The notes below the pieces were generated by a model that was not told the DNA's origin, searched no databases, and saw nothing but the letters and a program-made list of their open reading frames with translations. The position numbers and the translations under genes are program-made. A stretch of DNA of 64,000 bases from Candidatus Omnitrophota bacterium (GTDB lineage Bacteria > Omnitrophota > Omnitrophia > Omnitrophales > Aquincolibacteriaceae), in the NCBI GenBank assembly GCA_035352955.1, contig DAOPYQ010000011.1:139-64138 (forward strand), in the 5' to 3' direction. Below, one piece after another: positions 10,283-19,855 of the stretch; the first letter of the stretch is position 1, and each line of letters opens with the position of its first letter.

Positions 10283-12055
10283 ATGCCGCTTCCTAAATTC
10301 GGATTCGCAAAACGTTTTCTTGCCCTTTATGCCGTCGTCTTCGTAAGCGTCCTGCTCGTAACCGACTGGAACCTCTCCCGAACCCTTGAAGAACGAAACT
10401 TTGACCAATTACAAAACTCCCTGGTCCGGCAATCGCTCCTCGTCCGTGAACTGAACGCCCCGCGGCTGAAAGAACCCGCGGAACTCCAGGAACAGATTCA
10501 AAAGATCGCTCGCGTCAACGAAAGCCGGATCACCGTAATTGACCTTCACGGAAAAGTTCTCGCGGATTCAGAGGAGTCCCCGTCCTTGATCCCGCAAATG
10601 GACAACCACGCGACCCGCCCGGAAATCGCTGCCGCCTTGCGGGGAGAAACCGGCACCAGCGTCCGTTACAGCACCACGCTTCAAAAAAAGATGCTCTATG
10701 TCGCCCTCCCGATCCTCGATCAAAACACCATCACGGGAGTGGTCCGGACCGCCATGCCGATTGAACTCGTCGATCGGGTGCTCACGACCGCCAGAAAATC
10801 TATTCTTCTTTCGACGCTCCTCGGGATCCTCATCATCCTGATCGCCGGCATCCTTTTCTCAAACCGCCTCACAAACCGCATCCGCAGGATCACTTCCGTC
10901 GCCGAACGTTTTGCGAAGGAGGATTGGTCCGAAAGAATCCTGATCAACGGCAAGGATGAGCTAAAACTTCTCGCGGACACGATGAACCGCATGGCGGCTA
11001 CGCTCCGGGCAAGGATCGGCGATCTTGAGGCGGAAAAAAACAAGGTTTCTGCGATCCTTTCCAATATGACGGAGGCCGTGATCGCGATCGATCACCGCAG
11101 GCAATTCGCCGCCGCGAACCCGAATGCTGAAAAACTTTTTGGGTTTGAAAGCAAGCGCGCCCAAGGGAAAAGCCTGATCGAGCTCACGCGTCATCCCCGG
11201 CTTGAGGAGATCTCCGAGCGCGCGATCCAAGAGAAAAGAACCCTCACCGAGGAAATTCAATTTCCGGTGACAAAAAAAATCCTCCTTCTAAGCGTTGTGC
11301 CGCTGGGGGAGCAGACCCGCGACATCGGGATCATCCTTGTCTTCCACGATATCACGGAACTCCGCCGACTCGAAAATGTCCGGAAAGAATTCGTCGCAAA
11401 TGCCTCGCATGAATTGCGAACCCCCCTTACCTCTCTCCAGGGGTTTATCGAAACCCTTCTGGGCGGAGCCATCACAGACCCTGCCGCAAGCGAACGTTTC
11501 CTTAGAATCATGCAGGAAGATGCCGCGCGTCTCGGCCGCCTCGTGGAAGACATGCTTACCCTAAGCGAAATTGAGCAAGGCATCGTTCCTCTCAAAAAAG
11601 AGCTCCTGGACCTTTCGGTCGAAGCGGGAGAAGTGCTGGAACGATTCAAACTCCGGGCCCATGAAGGGAAAGTGTCGATCGAAAACTGCTTGCCCCGCGC
11701 GGGAACTTTACAAATGAACGGCGACAAGGACAAGATCCGGCAGGTTTTCACGAACCTGATCGACAACGCGATCAAGTTTAACCGGGAGAACGGTAAAGTG
11801 ATCCTGACCGCTGCACGGGAAGCTCAGGGCATCGTCATCACAATCGAAGACACTGGAACCGGGATTCCGCCCCATGCCCTCCCGCGTATTTTTGAAAGGT
11901 TCTTCCGTGTCGACAAGGCCCGCTCCCGGGAGCTCGGCGGCACAGGGCTCGGCCTCGCGATCGTGAAACACATCATGGAAAACCACGGCGGCCGCATCAG
12001 CTGCAAGAGCGAACCCGGCAAAGGTTCGTCCTTCTCCGTTCTCTTCCCCGCCTGA
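10283..12055 (+). CDS. phoR: Phosphate regulon sensor histidine kinase PhoR
   Basis: Start overlaps the phoB stop. N-terminal TM, PAS, HisKA H-box (ASHELRTPLTS), HATPase_c with G1/G2 boxes. Confidence 0.9.
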   Translation: MPLPKFGFAKRFLALYAVVFVSVLLVTDWNLSRTLEERNFDQLQNSLVRQSLLVRELNAPRLKEPAELQEQIQKIARVNESRITVIDLHGKVLADSEESPSLIPQMDNHATRPEIAAALRGETGTSVRYSTTLQKKMLYVALPILDQNTITGVVRTAMPIELVDRVLTTARKSILLSTLLGILIILIAGILFSNRLTNRIRRITSVAERFAKEDWSERILINGKDELKLLADTMNRMAATLRARIGDLEAEKNKVSAILSNMTEAVIAIDHRRQFAAANPNAEKLFGFESKRAQGKSLIELTRHPRLEEISERAIQEKRTLTEEIQFPVTKKILLLSVVPLGEQTRDIGIILVFHDITELRRLENVRKEFVANASHELRTPLTSLQGFIETLLGGAITDPAASERFLRIMQEDAARLGRLVEDMLTLSEIEQGIVPLKKELLDLSVEAGEVLERFKLRAHEGKVSIENCLPRAGTLQMNGDKDKIRQVFTNLIDNAIKFNRENGKVILTAAREAQGIVITIEDTGTGIPPHALPRIFERFFRVDKARSRELGGTGLGLAIVKHIMENHGGRISCKSEPGKGSSFSVLFPA

Positions 12056-12112
12056 CGCCAAAGGGGGCAGACCTAATGACTGGGGAATGGTCCCTGTTCC
12101 CTTTGTTCTTGA

Positions 12113-12775
12113 TTACGTAGATTCGAAGTGATGACGGACTTCTTTGCCCTGCTTAAGGTAGATCGTATCTTCGGCGATATTGTTGGAAAGATCGGCGATG
12201 CGCTCGAGATTGCGTCCGATCATCAGAACATTCAGGGCGCGGCGGATGGATAACGGATCTTTTTCCATAAGCGCGACCATATCCGCAAACAGCCCGTCAT
12301 TGTAATCGTCGATCTTGTCATCACTTTCGAGCACCTTGCGGGCAAGATCGATATTTTCATTCATGAAACAGTCCAGTGCGTCCCGGACCATCTTTTGCGT
12401 GGATTCCGCCATATCCGCCAGCGGGAAGTCCACTTTAAGCGGCGGTTGCCCGATCAGATACTGGCTTTTCTCCGCAATATTCACCGCGTGATCCCCCATC
12501 CTCTCCAGGTCCGTGTTGATCTTGAGGATCATCGTAATGAGCCGGAGGTCGCCTGCCATGGGCTGAACGAGCGCCAGAAGCGTGTGCCCCTTCTCATCGA
12601 TCTCAATCTCAAGCTGGTTAATGACTTTCTCGTTCTCGAAGACCTCCTTCACACGGTCTTCGGAACGCTCGGTCAGCGCCTCGAAAGATTTCTCGATGGC
12701 ACCTTCCACCAGCAGCCCCATCTGAAATAATTTCTGTTTCAGCGTATTCAGCTCTTCCGCAAAGTGTCTATCCAT
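12113..12775 (-). CDS. phoU: Phosphate signalling complex protein PhoU
   Basis: Two PhoU repeats; last gene of the pst operon. Confidence 0.9.
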   Translation of the reverse strand: MDRHFAEELNTLKQKLFQMGLLVEGAIEKSFEALTERSEDRVKEVFENEKVINQLEIEIDEKGHTLLALVQPMAGDLRLITMILKINTDLERMGDHAVNIAEKSQYLIGQPPLKVDFPLADMAESTQKMVRDALDCFMNENIDLARKVLESDDKIDDYNDGLFADMVALMEKDPLSIRRALNVLMIGRNLERIADLSNNIAEDTIYLKQGKEVRHHFEST

Positions 12776-12837
12776 AGCATCCCTCTTTCTTCGTTAAAAA
12801 AGACCGACATCATTAAAAGCAATTATCTCTGCCCCTT

Positions 12838-13596
12838 TTATCCATAACGTCCGGTGATGTATTCTTCCGTCTGTTTTTCCTTCGGGTTCGTAAAAACCTG
12901 CTTGGTCTCTCCGTATTCGACGAGTTTCCCCAGCAACATGAAGCCCGTCCGGTCCGAAGCCCGCGCCGCCTGTTGCATGTTGTGCGTCACGATCAGGATC
13001 GTGTAGTTCTTTTTGAGCTCAAACATCAGCTCTTCGATCCGCTGCGTCGCCAGCGGGTCCAATGCCGAGCAAGGCTCGTCCATAAGCACAACCTCCGGTT
13101 TTACGGCCATCACACGCGCGATGCAAAGTCGTTGTTGCTGTTCGAGAGAAAGATCCAGCGCCGATTCGTCCAGCTTGTCTTTCAGGGCGTCCCACAACTG
13201 CACATCGACCAAGGCCCATTCCACGATCTCCTCAAGCCGCGACCTGTCGTGAAGTCCGTGGGTCCTCGGTCCGTACGCAATATTGTCGAAAATCGAGAGC
13301 GGGAACGGGTTCGGCCGCTGGAAGACCATCCCCACCTTCTTGCGAAGCTCGACCCTGTCGGTCCCGGGCTCATAGATGTTCTTGCCGTCGATCAGGACCT
13401 CTCCGGTGACCTTCACCCCGTCGATCAGATCATTCATCCGGTTGAGCGTCCTCAGAAGCGTGGACTTGCCGCAGCCGGAGGGACCGATCAAGGCCGTGAT
13501 CTTTTTTTCTTCGATCTCGAGGCCGACATCGATCAGCGCGTGGAACGTTCCGTAAAAAAGGTTGAGTTTACGCGTTTCTATTTTTTTCATCTTCAT
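12838..13596 (-). CDS. pstB: Phosphate ABC transporter ATPase PstB, distal copy
   Basis: Walker [11 protein letters not shown]-loop MVFQRP, Walker B VVLMDE and H-loop VTHNMQQ are intact. The signature is LSLEQQQR instead of LSGGQ. Confidence 0.9.
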   Translation of the reverse strand: MKMKKIETRKLNLFYGTFHALIDVGLEIEEKKITALIGPSGCGKSTLLRTLNRMNDLIDGVKVTGEVLIDGKNIYEPGTDRVELRKKVGMVFQRPNPFPLSIFDNIAYGPRTHGLHDRSRLEEIVEWALVDVQLWDALKDKLDESALDLSLEQQQRLCIARVMAVKPEVVLMDEPCSALDPLATQRIEELMFELKKNYTILIVTHNMQQAARASDRTGFMLLGKLVEYGETKQVFTNPKEKQTEEYITGRYG

Positions 13597-13619
13597 TTTT
13601 CCGGAAAAAGGGACAGCCC

Positions 13620-14384
13620 CTATCCGAACCTCCCGGTCAAATAATCATTAGTGCGCTTGTCCCGCGGCGCCGTAAAAATCTTTTGTGCACCGTCGATCTC
13701 GACCAGTTCTCCCATCAAAAAAAACGCCACCCGGTCCCCGACACGGGCGGCCTGCTTCACATTGTTGGTCACAAGAATCTGGGTATAACGGGTTTTCAAT
13801 TCCTGCATGGCTTCTTCGACTTTCGCCGTCGAGATCGGGTCAAGACCGGAACAGGGTTCGTCATAAAGGATCACTTCCGGCTCCACCGCCAAGGTCCTGG
13901 CGATACAGAGCCGCTGCTGCTGCCCGCCGGAAAGTTTCATTCCCGACGAATCAAGCCGGTCCTTCACTTCGTCCCACAAGAACGCGGCCTTAAGGCTCCG
14001 CTCTACGATCATTTCGAGCTTCTTTTTGTCCTTCGTTCCATGCCGCCGCGGGCCATACGCGACATTGTCAAAGATCGACATCGGGAGCGGAAGCGGAAGC
14101 GCGAACACCATGGTCACTTTTTTCCGCACTTCTTCGGCATCCATCTCGCAATTAATGTCCTTGCCGTTCAGTTTGATCGAACCCGTCCTGTGACAGGAAA
14201 GGTCCAGATCATTCAACCGGTTCATCGCGCGGAGAAAAGAAGTTTTACCGCTGTTGGCCGGACCGATCACGCCAAGGATCTCTTTGTCTTTTACGGAAAA
14301 GCTCACGTGCTTTAGGGCGGGCACGCCCCCGTAATCAATGTTCAGATCTTCAATAATGATCTTGTCTTGCACGGGCTCTACCAT
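13620..14384 (-). CDS. pstB: Phosphate ABC transporter ATPase PstB paralogue, proximal copy
   Basis: Walker [10 protein letters not shown] and signature LSGGQQQRL are intact. The Q-loop Gln is replaced (MVFALP) and the H-loop His is replaced (VTNNVKQ). Confidence 0.9.
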   Translation of the reverse strand: MVEPVQDKIIIEDLNIDYGGVPALKHVSFSVKDKEILGVIGPANSGKTSFLRAMNRLNDLDLSCHRTGSIKLNGKDINCEMDAEEVRKKVTMVFALPLPLPMSIFDNVAYGPRRHGTKDKKKLEMIVERSLKAAFLWDEVKDRLDSSGMKLSGGQQQRLCIARTLAVEPEVILYDEPCSGLDPISTAKVEEAMQELKTRYTQILVTNNVKQAARVGDRVAFFLMGELVEIDGAQKIFTAPRDKRTNDYLTGRFG

Positions 14385-15229
14385 TGTTTTTTACTCCGGA
14401 TATACGCGCGAACGATGATCGCAATGAGGTTAAGCAGAAAAACCATTCCCACTAGCGCGAGCGCGGTCCCGTATTGGAGCGCCGGCTTGACGTTCGGGAC
14501 CTGCGTCGAAAGCACATAAAGGTGGTAAGGAAGTGCCATGCATTGGTCGAAAACCGACTTGGGAAGTCTCGGGAGATAGAACGCCGCAACCGTAAAAAGA
14601 ATGGGGGCCGTCTCCCCCGCCGCGCGGCTGATCCCCAGGATCGTCCCGGTCAAAATACCGGGGAGCGCGTTCGGAAGCACTACGCAGCGGATCGTTTCCC
14701 ATTTGCTCACTCCAAGCGCAAGGCTTGCCTCCCGGAACGAGCGCGGAACCGTTTGGAGCGCCTCTTTGGCCGAAGTAATGACCACCGGAAGGATCATAAT
14801 GGCAAGCGTAAGCGATCCCGCAAGGATTGAAACGCCGAACTTCAGGAAGATCACAAAAAGGCCCATCCCGAAAAGGCCATAGACGACGGAAGGCACCCCG
14901 GCAAGATTCACGATCGCGACTTCGATCATCCGTGTCAGAAAATTCTTCCGCGCATATTCTACCAGGTAGATCGCGGCCAAAAGCCCCAGGGGAAGCGCCA
15001 CAAGGATCGTTCCTGCAACAAGATAGAGGGTTCCCATGATCGCCGGAAAAATTCCGCCGGCCCGCATGCCCATGCGCGGCATGGCCGTCAGGAACTGCCA
15101 GTTGATCGCGGGCAGTCCTTTCTGGATCAGGATGACAAAGATAACGATCACGGGCACGATCACCACCGTCGAGGCGATCCCGAGAAGCGTAAAAGCGATC
15201 TTCTGTTTGGCGTGCTGGGAAAGTTTCAT
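14378..15229 (-). CDS. pstA: Phosphate ABC transporter permease PstA
   Basis: Multi-TM permease with an EAA-like loop; overlaps pstC and pstB by a few nt. Confidence 0.9.
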   Translation of the reverse strand: MKLSQHAKQKIAFTLLGIASTVVIVPVIVIFVILIQKGLPAINWQFLTAMPRMGMRAGGIFPAIMGTLYLVAGTILVALPLGLLAAIYLVEYARKNFLTRMIEVAIVNLAGVPSVVYGLFGMGLFVIFLKFGVSILAGSLTLAIMILPVVITSAKEALQTVPRSFREASLALGVSKWETIRCVVLPNALPGILTGTILGISRAAGETAPILFTVAAFYLPRLPKSVFDQCMALPYHLYVLSTQVPNVKPALQYGTALALVGMVFLLNLIAIIVRAYIRSKKQW

Positions 15230-16098
15230 TTGCGCCTCCGGTTCTTGTGGAGCGCGGCGTCGGCGACAAGATTGATCGCAAAGGTGATAATGAAAAGGAC
15301 CAGACCGAGCGCAAACAGCGCGTAATAATGTTCGCTTCCGCGCACCGTTTCCCCCATCTCAGCGGCAATGGTCGCGGTCATCGTGCGGACCGGCGCGAGG
15401 ATCGTTTGCGGCATGACGGACGCATTGCCCGTGAGCATCATCACCGCCATGGTCTCCCCGATCACACGGCCGATGCCGAGCATGATCGCCGCCACGATCC
15501 CGGAAGACGCGGCGGGGATGATCACACGATAGATCGTCTGCCAATGGGTCGCCCCCAGCGCGAGCGACCCTTCCTTATAGGAGCGCGGCACCGAACTGAT
15601 CGCGTCTTCCATAATGCTCACGATCGTCGGAATCGCCATGAACGCGAGCGCCATCGACCCCGTCAACGCCGTCAACCCGGTCGGCAAATGAAACAGCTGC
15701 TTTACCACAGGTCCCAGCATGGTCATACCGATAAAACCGATCACAATGCTTGGGATCGCGGCAAGAAGTTCGACGCCAGCCTTCAGGGTCTCCCGCATCC
15801 ATTTCGGGGCGATCTCACCGATAAAAACAGCGCAGGCCATTCCGAGCGGCACCGAGATCACCGTTGCACCGATCGTCACGATCAGGGATCCCAGGAAAAG
15901 AGGCAGAATGCCGATCCGCGGCGGCTCAGACAGAGGGCTCCACAGAGTTCCAAAAAGGAAGTTCCAGGGACTGGAGAATTTGAAGAGCGCAAGCCCGTCT
16001 TTGGCGAGAAAGAAAAAGATCAGAACGACGAAGAGAATGCACGCAAAGCCGTTTAAAAGAATGATCTTCTCTATCATCAATTCTTTAAGTCTTCTCAC
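15226..16098 (-). CDS. pstC: Phosphate ABC transporter permease PstC
   Basis: Multi-TM permease downstream of pstS; 4-nt overlap with pstA. Confidence 0.9.
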   Translation of the reverse strand: MRRLKELMIEKIILLNGFACILFVVLIFFFLAKDGLALFKFSSPWNFLFGTLWSPLSEPPRIGILPLFLGSLIVTIGATVISVPLGMACAVFIGEIAPKWMRETLKAGVELLAAIPSIVIGFIGMTMLGPVVKQLFHLPTGLTALTGSMALAFMAIPTIVSIMEDAISSVPRSYKEGSLALGATHWQTIYRVIIPAASSGIVAAIMLGIGRVIGETMAVMMLTGNASVMPQTILAPVRTMTATIAAEMGETVRGSEHYYALFALGLVLFIITFAINLVADAALHKNRRRK

Positions 16099-16141
16099 GG
16101 CCTATCGTTCCTCGTCATGGTCAGAACCTTCAAAACTTACA

Positions 16142-16178
16142 GGGACAGACCCCGTTTCCTCTTGCGAGGTCCGTCCCT
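16142..16178 (-). other. Stem-loop in the pstS-pstC intercistronic region
   Basis: 10-bp stem GGGACGGACC / GGTCTGTCCC (one G-U pair) with a 16-nt loop, followed by a weak GTTTT. Confidence 0.4.
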
Positions 16179-16205
16179 ATTTTGTGTGAGTTCTTCAAAT
16201 AAACA

Positions 16206-17078
16206 CTATTCCTTGGGGGGAAGAGGAACAAACCCCATGTCCTCGACGATCTTCTGCCCCTTTTCGCTCATGGCAAAGTCGATGAAAGACTTGATCACGC
16301 CCTTCGGCTTGAACCCGGTGTACATATAGAGATAGCGCCAGACCGGGTAGGTCTTATGGGTAGCCGTTTCCTTAGAAGGCTGGACAAAGGGCCCCTCTTT
16401 TGACTTGGCAACTGCGATCGTTTTGACCTTCGGCGTCACGTAGCCGAGGCCGTCATAACCGATCGCGCTTGTGCTTTGAGCCGTTTCGTTAATGATCGCT
16501 TCGGAGGAAGGCATCATCAGGACCGACGGCGCAAACTCCTCCGGGCCCTTCTCAGCTCCTTTCCTCACCACATGCTCCAGAAAATACATGTGCGTTCCTG
16601 AATTCCGTTCGCGTGAAAGGACCAAGATCTTCTCGTTGTTCCCGCCGACCTCGTTCCAATTCGTGATCTTACCGGTAAAAATCCCGGACAGCTGGTCAAT
16701 CGTCAGTTCCTTGACGGGATTCGCCGGGTTCACGATCACCGCAAGAGCGTCGATCGCCACTTTGAATTCTTCGGGATAGTAACCGGCCTTTTGTGCGTCA
16801 TCGCTCTCTTTTTTCTTGATCTTGCGGCTTGAGTTCGCGATATCGGTCGTGCCGTTGATCAACGCCGCGATCCCGGTCCCGGACCCTCCGCCGGTCACGG
16901 CGATATTGGCATCCTGATGTTCCGTCATGAATTCCTCGGCCCACGCCTGGCTTAAATTTACGATCGTGTCCGATCCTTTGATCTGGATCGAGTTGGCATC
17001 CTGCTTCGCATGGGCGGACCCTGCCCACAAAAGCCCGGCCATTATTAAAACTCCGAATATTGCGCTTATCCGCTTCAT
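16206..17078 (-). CDS. pstS: Periplasmic phosphate-binding protein PstS
   Basis: Signal peptide, PBP-type fold motifs (TGGGSGTG), AGGAGG Shine-Dalgarno upstream. Confidence 0.9.
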   Translation of the reverse strand: MKRISAIFGVLIMAGLLWAGSAHAKQDANSIQIKGSDTIVNLSQAWAEEFMTEHQDANIAVTGGGSGTGIAALINGTTDIANSSRKIKKKESDDAQKAGYYPEEFKVAIDALAVIVNPANPVKELTIDQLSGIFTGKITNWNEVGGNNEKILVLSRERNSGTHMYFLEHVVRKGAEKGPEEFAPSVLMMPSSEAIINETAQSTSAIGYDGLGYVTPKVKTIAVAKSKEGPFVQPSKETATHKTYPVWRYLYMYTGFKPKGVIKSFIDFAMSEKGQKIVEDMGFVPLPPKE

Positions 17079-17131
17079 TTGAATCCTCCTTTGGTACCGG
17101 GCCCAGTCTACCCGAACCCGATCCGGGTTGA

Positions 17132-17149
17132 TGTAAAATCCGTGTAAAA
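17132..17149 (-). promoter_or_regulatory. Pho-box-like site upstream of pstS
   Basis: Two 7-nt direct repeats with a 4-nt spacer (minus sense TTTTACA-cgga-TTTTACA), 54 nt upstream of the pstS ATG. Confidence 0.55.
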
Positions 17150-17150
17150 C

Positions 17151-18689
17151 CTAGAACTTATAGGTCACATCCACTTGGAACCGGCGCACCGACTGATCCA
17201 CCTGCATGCCGTTCACCGTGGTATCCCTCACCGTGATCGGCCGCACAAGATAGCATGCGCCGTTCAAGGTCAGATAATCCGTCAGGTTATAGCCCAGCTT
17301 GACAACGCTTCCGGACTTGTCGGTACCACCGTAGTTGTACCCGCCGAAGTCGCTGTCATTAAACGCACCGACCACGGAATTCGCGCCGATATACTTGTAC
17401 TGGTAACTTGTCTGCCAGTCCCCTTTCTTCTGCAATTTACCGAGCGTGAGCCCCATTGACCAGGCATCCGCGCTGCCCTGCATCGAATTATTGGGCGTTG
17501 CAAGAGAGAGACCCGACTGGTTGCTCATATTATGGGCAAACTCCGCGAACGGCTTCACCGGGATCCCGTAAGGATAAAAATTAACCTCCTGATAGAAACT
17601 CAGGATGTTAAAGTTCCGGGCTGACAGAGTGTTTGCGTCATAACTGGGGTTACCGTTGGCTTGGCTTGCCGTGCTTACGGTCCAATTTCCGGAATTGGCA
17701 TAATTCTGGAAGTTATAGACCGAAATGGCAGAAAGAGCGTCCACGGGTCGATCCAACCCCGGTACGTAAAAGATCGGGTTTAATCCTGCCTGATATGCGA
17801 AAAGATTCGCGTCTTTATTAGAAAAAGTCGCGGAGGAATTCCCCGTTTCCATAAGAACGGATTGCATCAGAAGGCCGTAACTTTTCAAAGTCAAGTTGTC
17901 GGTTTTCAAAAGCTGGCCGTCGATCTTTTCATAGATGCCTTCCGGTTTCAGGTCACGGTCCCAGATCATATCGGTCGACCCTTTTTCGAAGGGATTGTTG
18001 AACTTGCCTGCCGTAATTTCAAGACCATCAGACCTCAAGCCACCATTGTCCGAAAAACTCATTTTGGACCAATCCGGCGTATACGTCGCATATACCTTCT
18101 CGATCCAAATGTTCTTGAAATTGAAATCATTGGTCATGGTCTGATTGGTGGAGATAGGATCGGTGTTATATCCCCCCGAAGTCTTGTCCCCACTGGCCAT
18201 CGAAAAACCGGCTTTCATCTCATCATTGAATTTCTTTTCGAATCCATACCGCAACCGGACACGAAAGCGGTTCCTGGCATCCTGATAACCGGAAGTCGTC
18301 GAACTTGGATTGGCATTGGGATTGCCATGCAAATGGAAAGCTTCATACCTCAACCGAACGTCACCGCTGAACTTGAGATCCTTGAGCCACTTGTCCGCGC
18401 CGCCCGTGGCATCGCCGAGCCTCTGTTTGAATTCTGCTTCGCTCATCGGCGGCGTCGGCTGATTTCTTTCAACGCCCCCGGACGCCATTTTAATGTCGGC
18501 CTGCCGACTCTTCAGATCCTGGAGCTCCGCATTCTGAGCAGAGACCGTCGCCTGAAGATCGGCCATTTGTTTTTGCAGGCTCTTGATAAGCCCTACCAGA
18601 TCGGCGTCCTGCGCCATCGCCGGCGCGGCAGAATGAAAAATCAAAAACACAAAACAGATGAGCGTTCCGAATACGACCTTGCGTTTCAT
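17151..18689 (-). CDS. Outer-membrane porin, phosphate-selective OprO/OprP-like, with N-terminal coiled-coil
   Basis: Signal peptide starts at the internal MKRKVVFGTLICFVFLIFHSAAPAMA (AGGAGGA 7 nt upstream). Coiled-coil, then an Asn/Ser/Tyr-rich beta-barrel ending in F. Sits between pstS and pit and has its own Pho box. Confidence 0.7.
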   Translation of the reverse strand: MKRKVVFGTLICFVFLIFHSAAPAMAQDADLVGLIKSLQKQMADLQATVSAQNAELQDLKSRQADIKMASGGVERNQPTPPMSEAEFKQRLGDATGGADKWLKDLKFSGDVRLRYEAFHLHGNPNANPSSTTSGYQDARNRFRVRLRYGFEKKFNDEMKAGFSMASGDKTSGGYNTDPISTNQTMTNDFNFKNIWIEKVYATYTPDWSKMSFSDNGGLRSDGLEITAGKFNNPFEKGSTDMIWDRDLKPEGIYEKIDGQLLKTDNLTLKSYGLLMQSVLMETGNSSATFSNKDANLFAYQAGLNPIFYVPGLDRPVDALSAISVYNFQNYANSGNWTVSTASQANGNPSYDANTLSARNFNILSFYQEVNFYPYGIPVKPFAEFAHNMSNQSGLSLATPNNSMQGSADAWSMGLTLGKLQKKGDWQTSYQYKYIGANSVVGAFNDSDFGGYNYGGTDKSGSVVKLGYNLTDYLTLNGACYLVRPITVRDTTVNGMQVDQSVRRFQVDVTYKF

Positions 18690-18784
18690 ATCATTTCCTC
18701 CTGTGGTCCGGGTTTTAGAATTCTTTACTTCGAGGAAATGATAGAAGAGACGTGTCAAGTCTGTGTGATGGGAATGTAAAAGGC

Positions 18785-18802
18785 GTGTAAAAAAAGCGGA
18801 GT
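18785..18802 (-). promoter_or_regulatory. Pho-box-like site upstream of the porin gene
   Basis: Identical architecture TTTTACA-cgcc-TTTTACA, about 96 nt upstream of the porin signal-peptide ATG. Confidence 0.5.
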
Positions 18803-18855
18803 TCTCCCTGAAAAAATATACCGTCAGGGTCTAAAATGGGAACGGGCGCTGAAAA

Positions 18856-19848
18856 CTACGCGAACCGTCGGGCGACGGAGTAGGCGATCGCTGAGATCAC
18901 GGCGGAACAAGGGATGGTGAGGATCCAGGCCCAAAGGATTGTCCCGGCTAGGCCCCACTTCACCGCGCTCAACCTCTTGAGGGAACCAATCCCCATAATG
19001 GCGCCGGTAATGGTATGCGTTGTACTGACGGGAACGCCCAAAGCGGACGATATGAAAAGACTGGTCGCGGCAGCGCTTTCAGCGCAAAATCCTTCCATCG
19101 GACGAAGCTTGGCAACCTTTTGCCCCATCGTCTTCACGATCCGCCACCCCCCGAACATCACACCACACGCAAGAGCTGTCTGACAGGCAATGATAACCCA
19201 GAATGGAATATAAAATTTATGGCCGATCAGTCCCGAACTAAAAAGAAGACTTGCAACAATGCCCATGGTTTTCTGCGCATCATTACCGCCGTGTCCAATG
19301 CTGTAAAGCGCTGCGGAAACAAGCTGCCCCTTGCGAAAAATATGATCCACCTGCAAAGGGGTAAATTTCCTGAACACCCAATAAACCAAAACCCCGAAGG
19401 CAACCCCGAGGATGAGACCGAAGATCGGAGAAATGAAAATAAAAGCAACGGTTTTCAAGATTCCCGCCATCACCAAACTGTTGGGACCGCTTTTAACAAG
19501 CGCGGCTCCCACTAACCCTCCGATCAATGCGTGAGACGAACTTGTCGGAAGTCCAAAATACCAGGTAATGAGGTTCCAGGCACAGCCTCCCATCAGCGCG
19601 CCGAAAACGACTTGGCTGTCCACAATCGAGATATCCACAATGCCCTTTCCGATCGTCGTCGCAACATGTGTGCCGAAAAAAAGAAAGGCTGTAAAATTAA
19701 AGGATGCGGCCCATATGACCGCATATCGCGGTGACAGAACGCGCGTGGAAACCACCGTCGCAATAGCGTTCGCGGAGTCATGAAACCCGTTAAGAAAATC
19801 AAACAGAAGCGCGAGACAAACGAGAAAAAGGATCCAGGAAGTCATCAC
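18856..19848 (-). CDS. Low-affinity inorganic phosphate transporter (PiT family)
   Basis: GFHDSANAIAT and GGNDAQKTMG motifs typical of Pit/PHO4. Confidence 0.85.
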   Translation of the reverse strand: MMTSWILFLVCLALLFDFLNGFHDSANAIATVVSTRVLSPRYAVIWAASFNFTAFLFFGTHVATTIGKGIVDISIVDSQVVFGALMGGCAWNLITWYFGLPTSSSHALIGGLVGAALVKSGPNSLVMAGILKTVAFIFISPIFGLILGVAFGVLVYWVFRKFTPLQVDHIFRKGQLVSAALYSIGHGGNDAQKTMGIVASLLFSSGLIGHKFYIPFWVIIACQTALACGVMFGGWRIVKTMGQKVAKLRPMEGFCAESAAATSLFISSALGVPVSTTHTITGAIMGIGSLKRLSAVKWGLAGTILWAWILTIPCSAVISAIAYSVARRFA

Positions 19849-19855
19849 AATCCGC

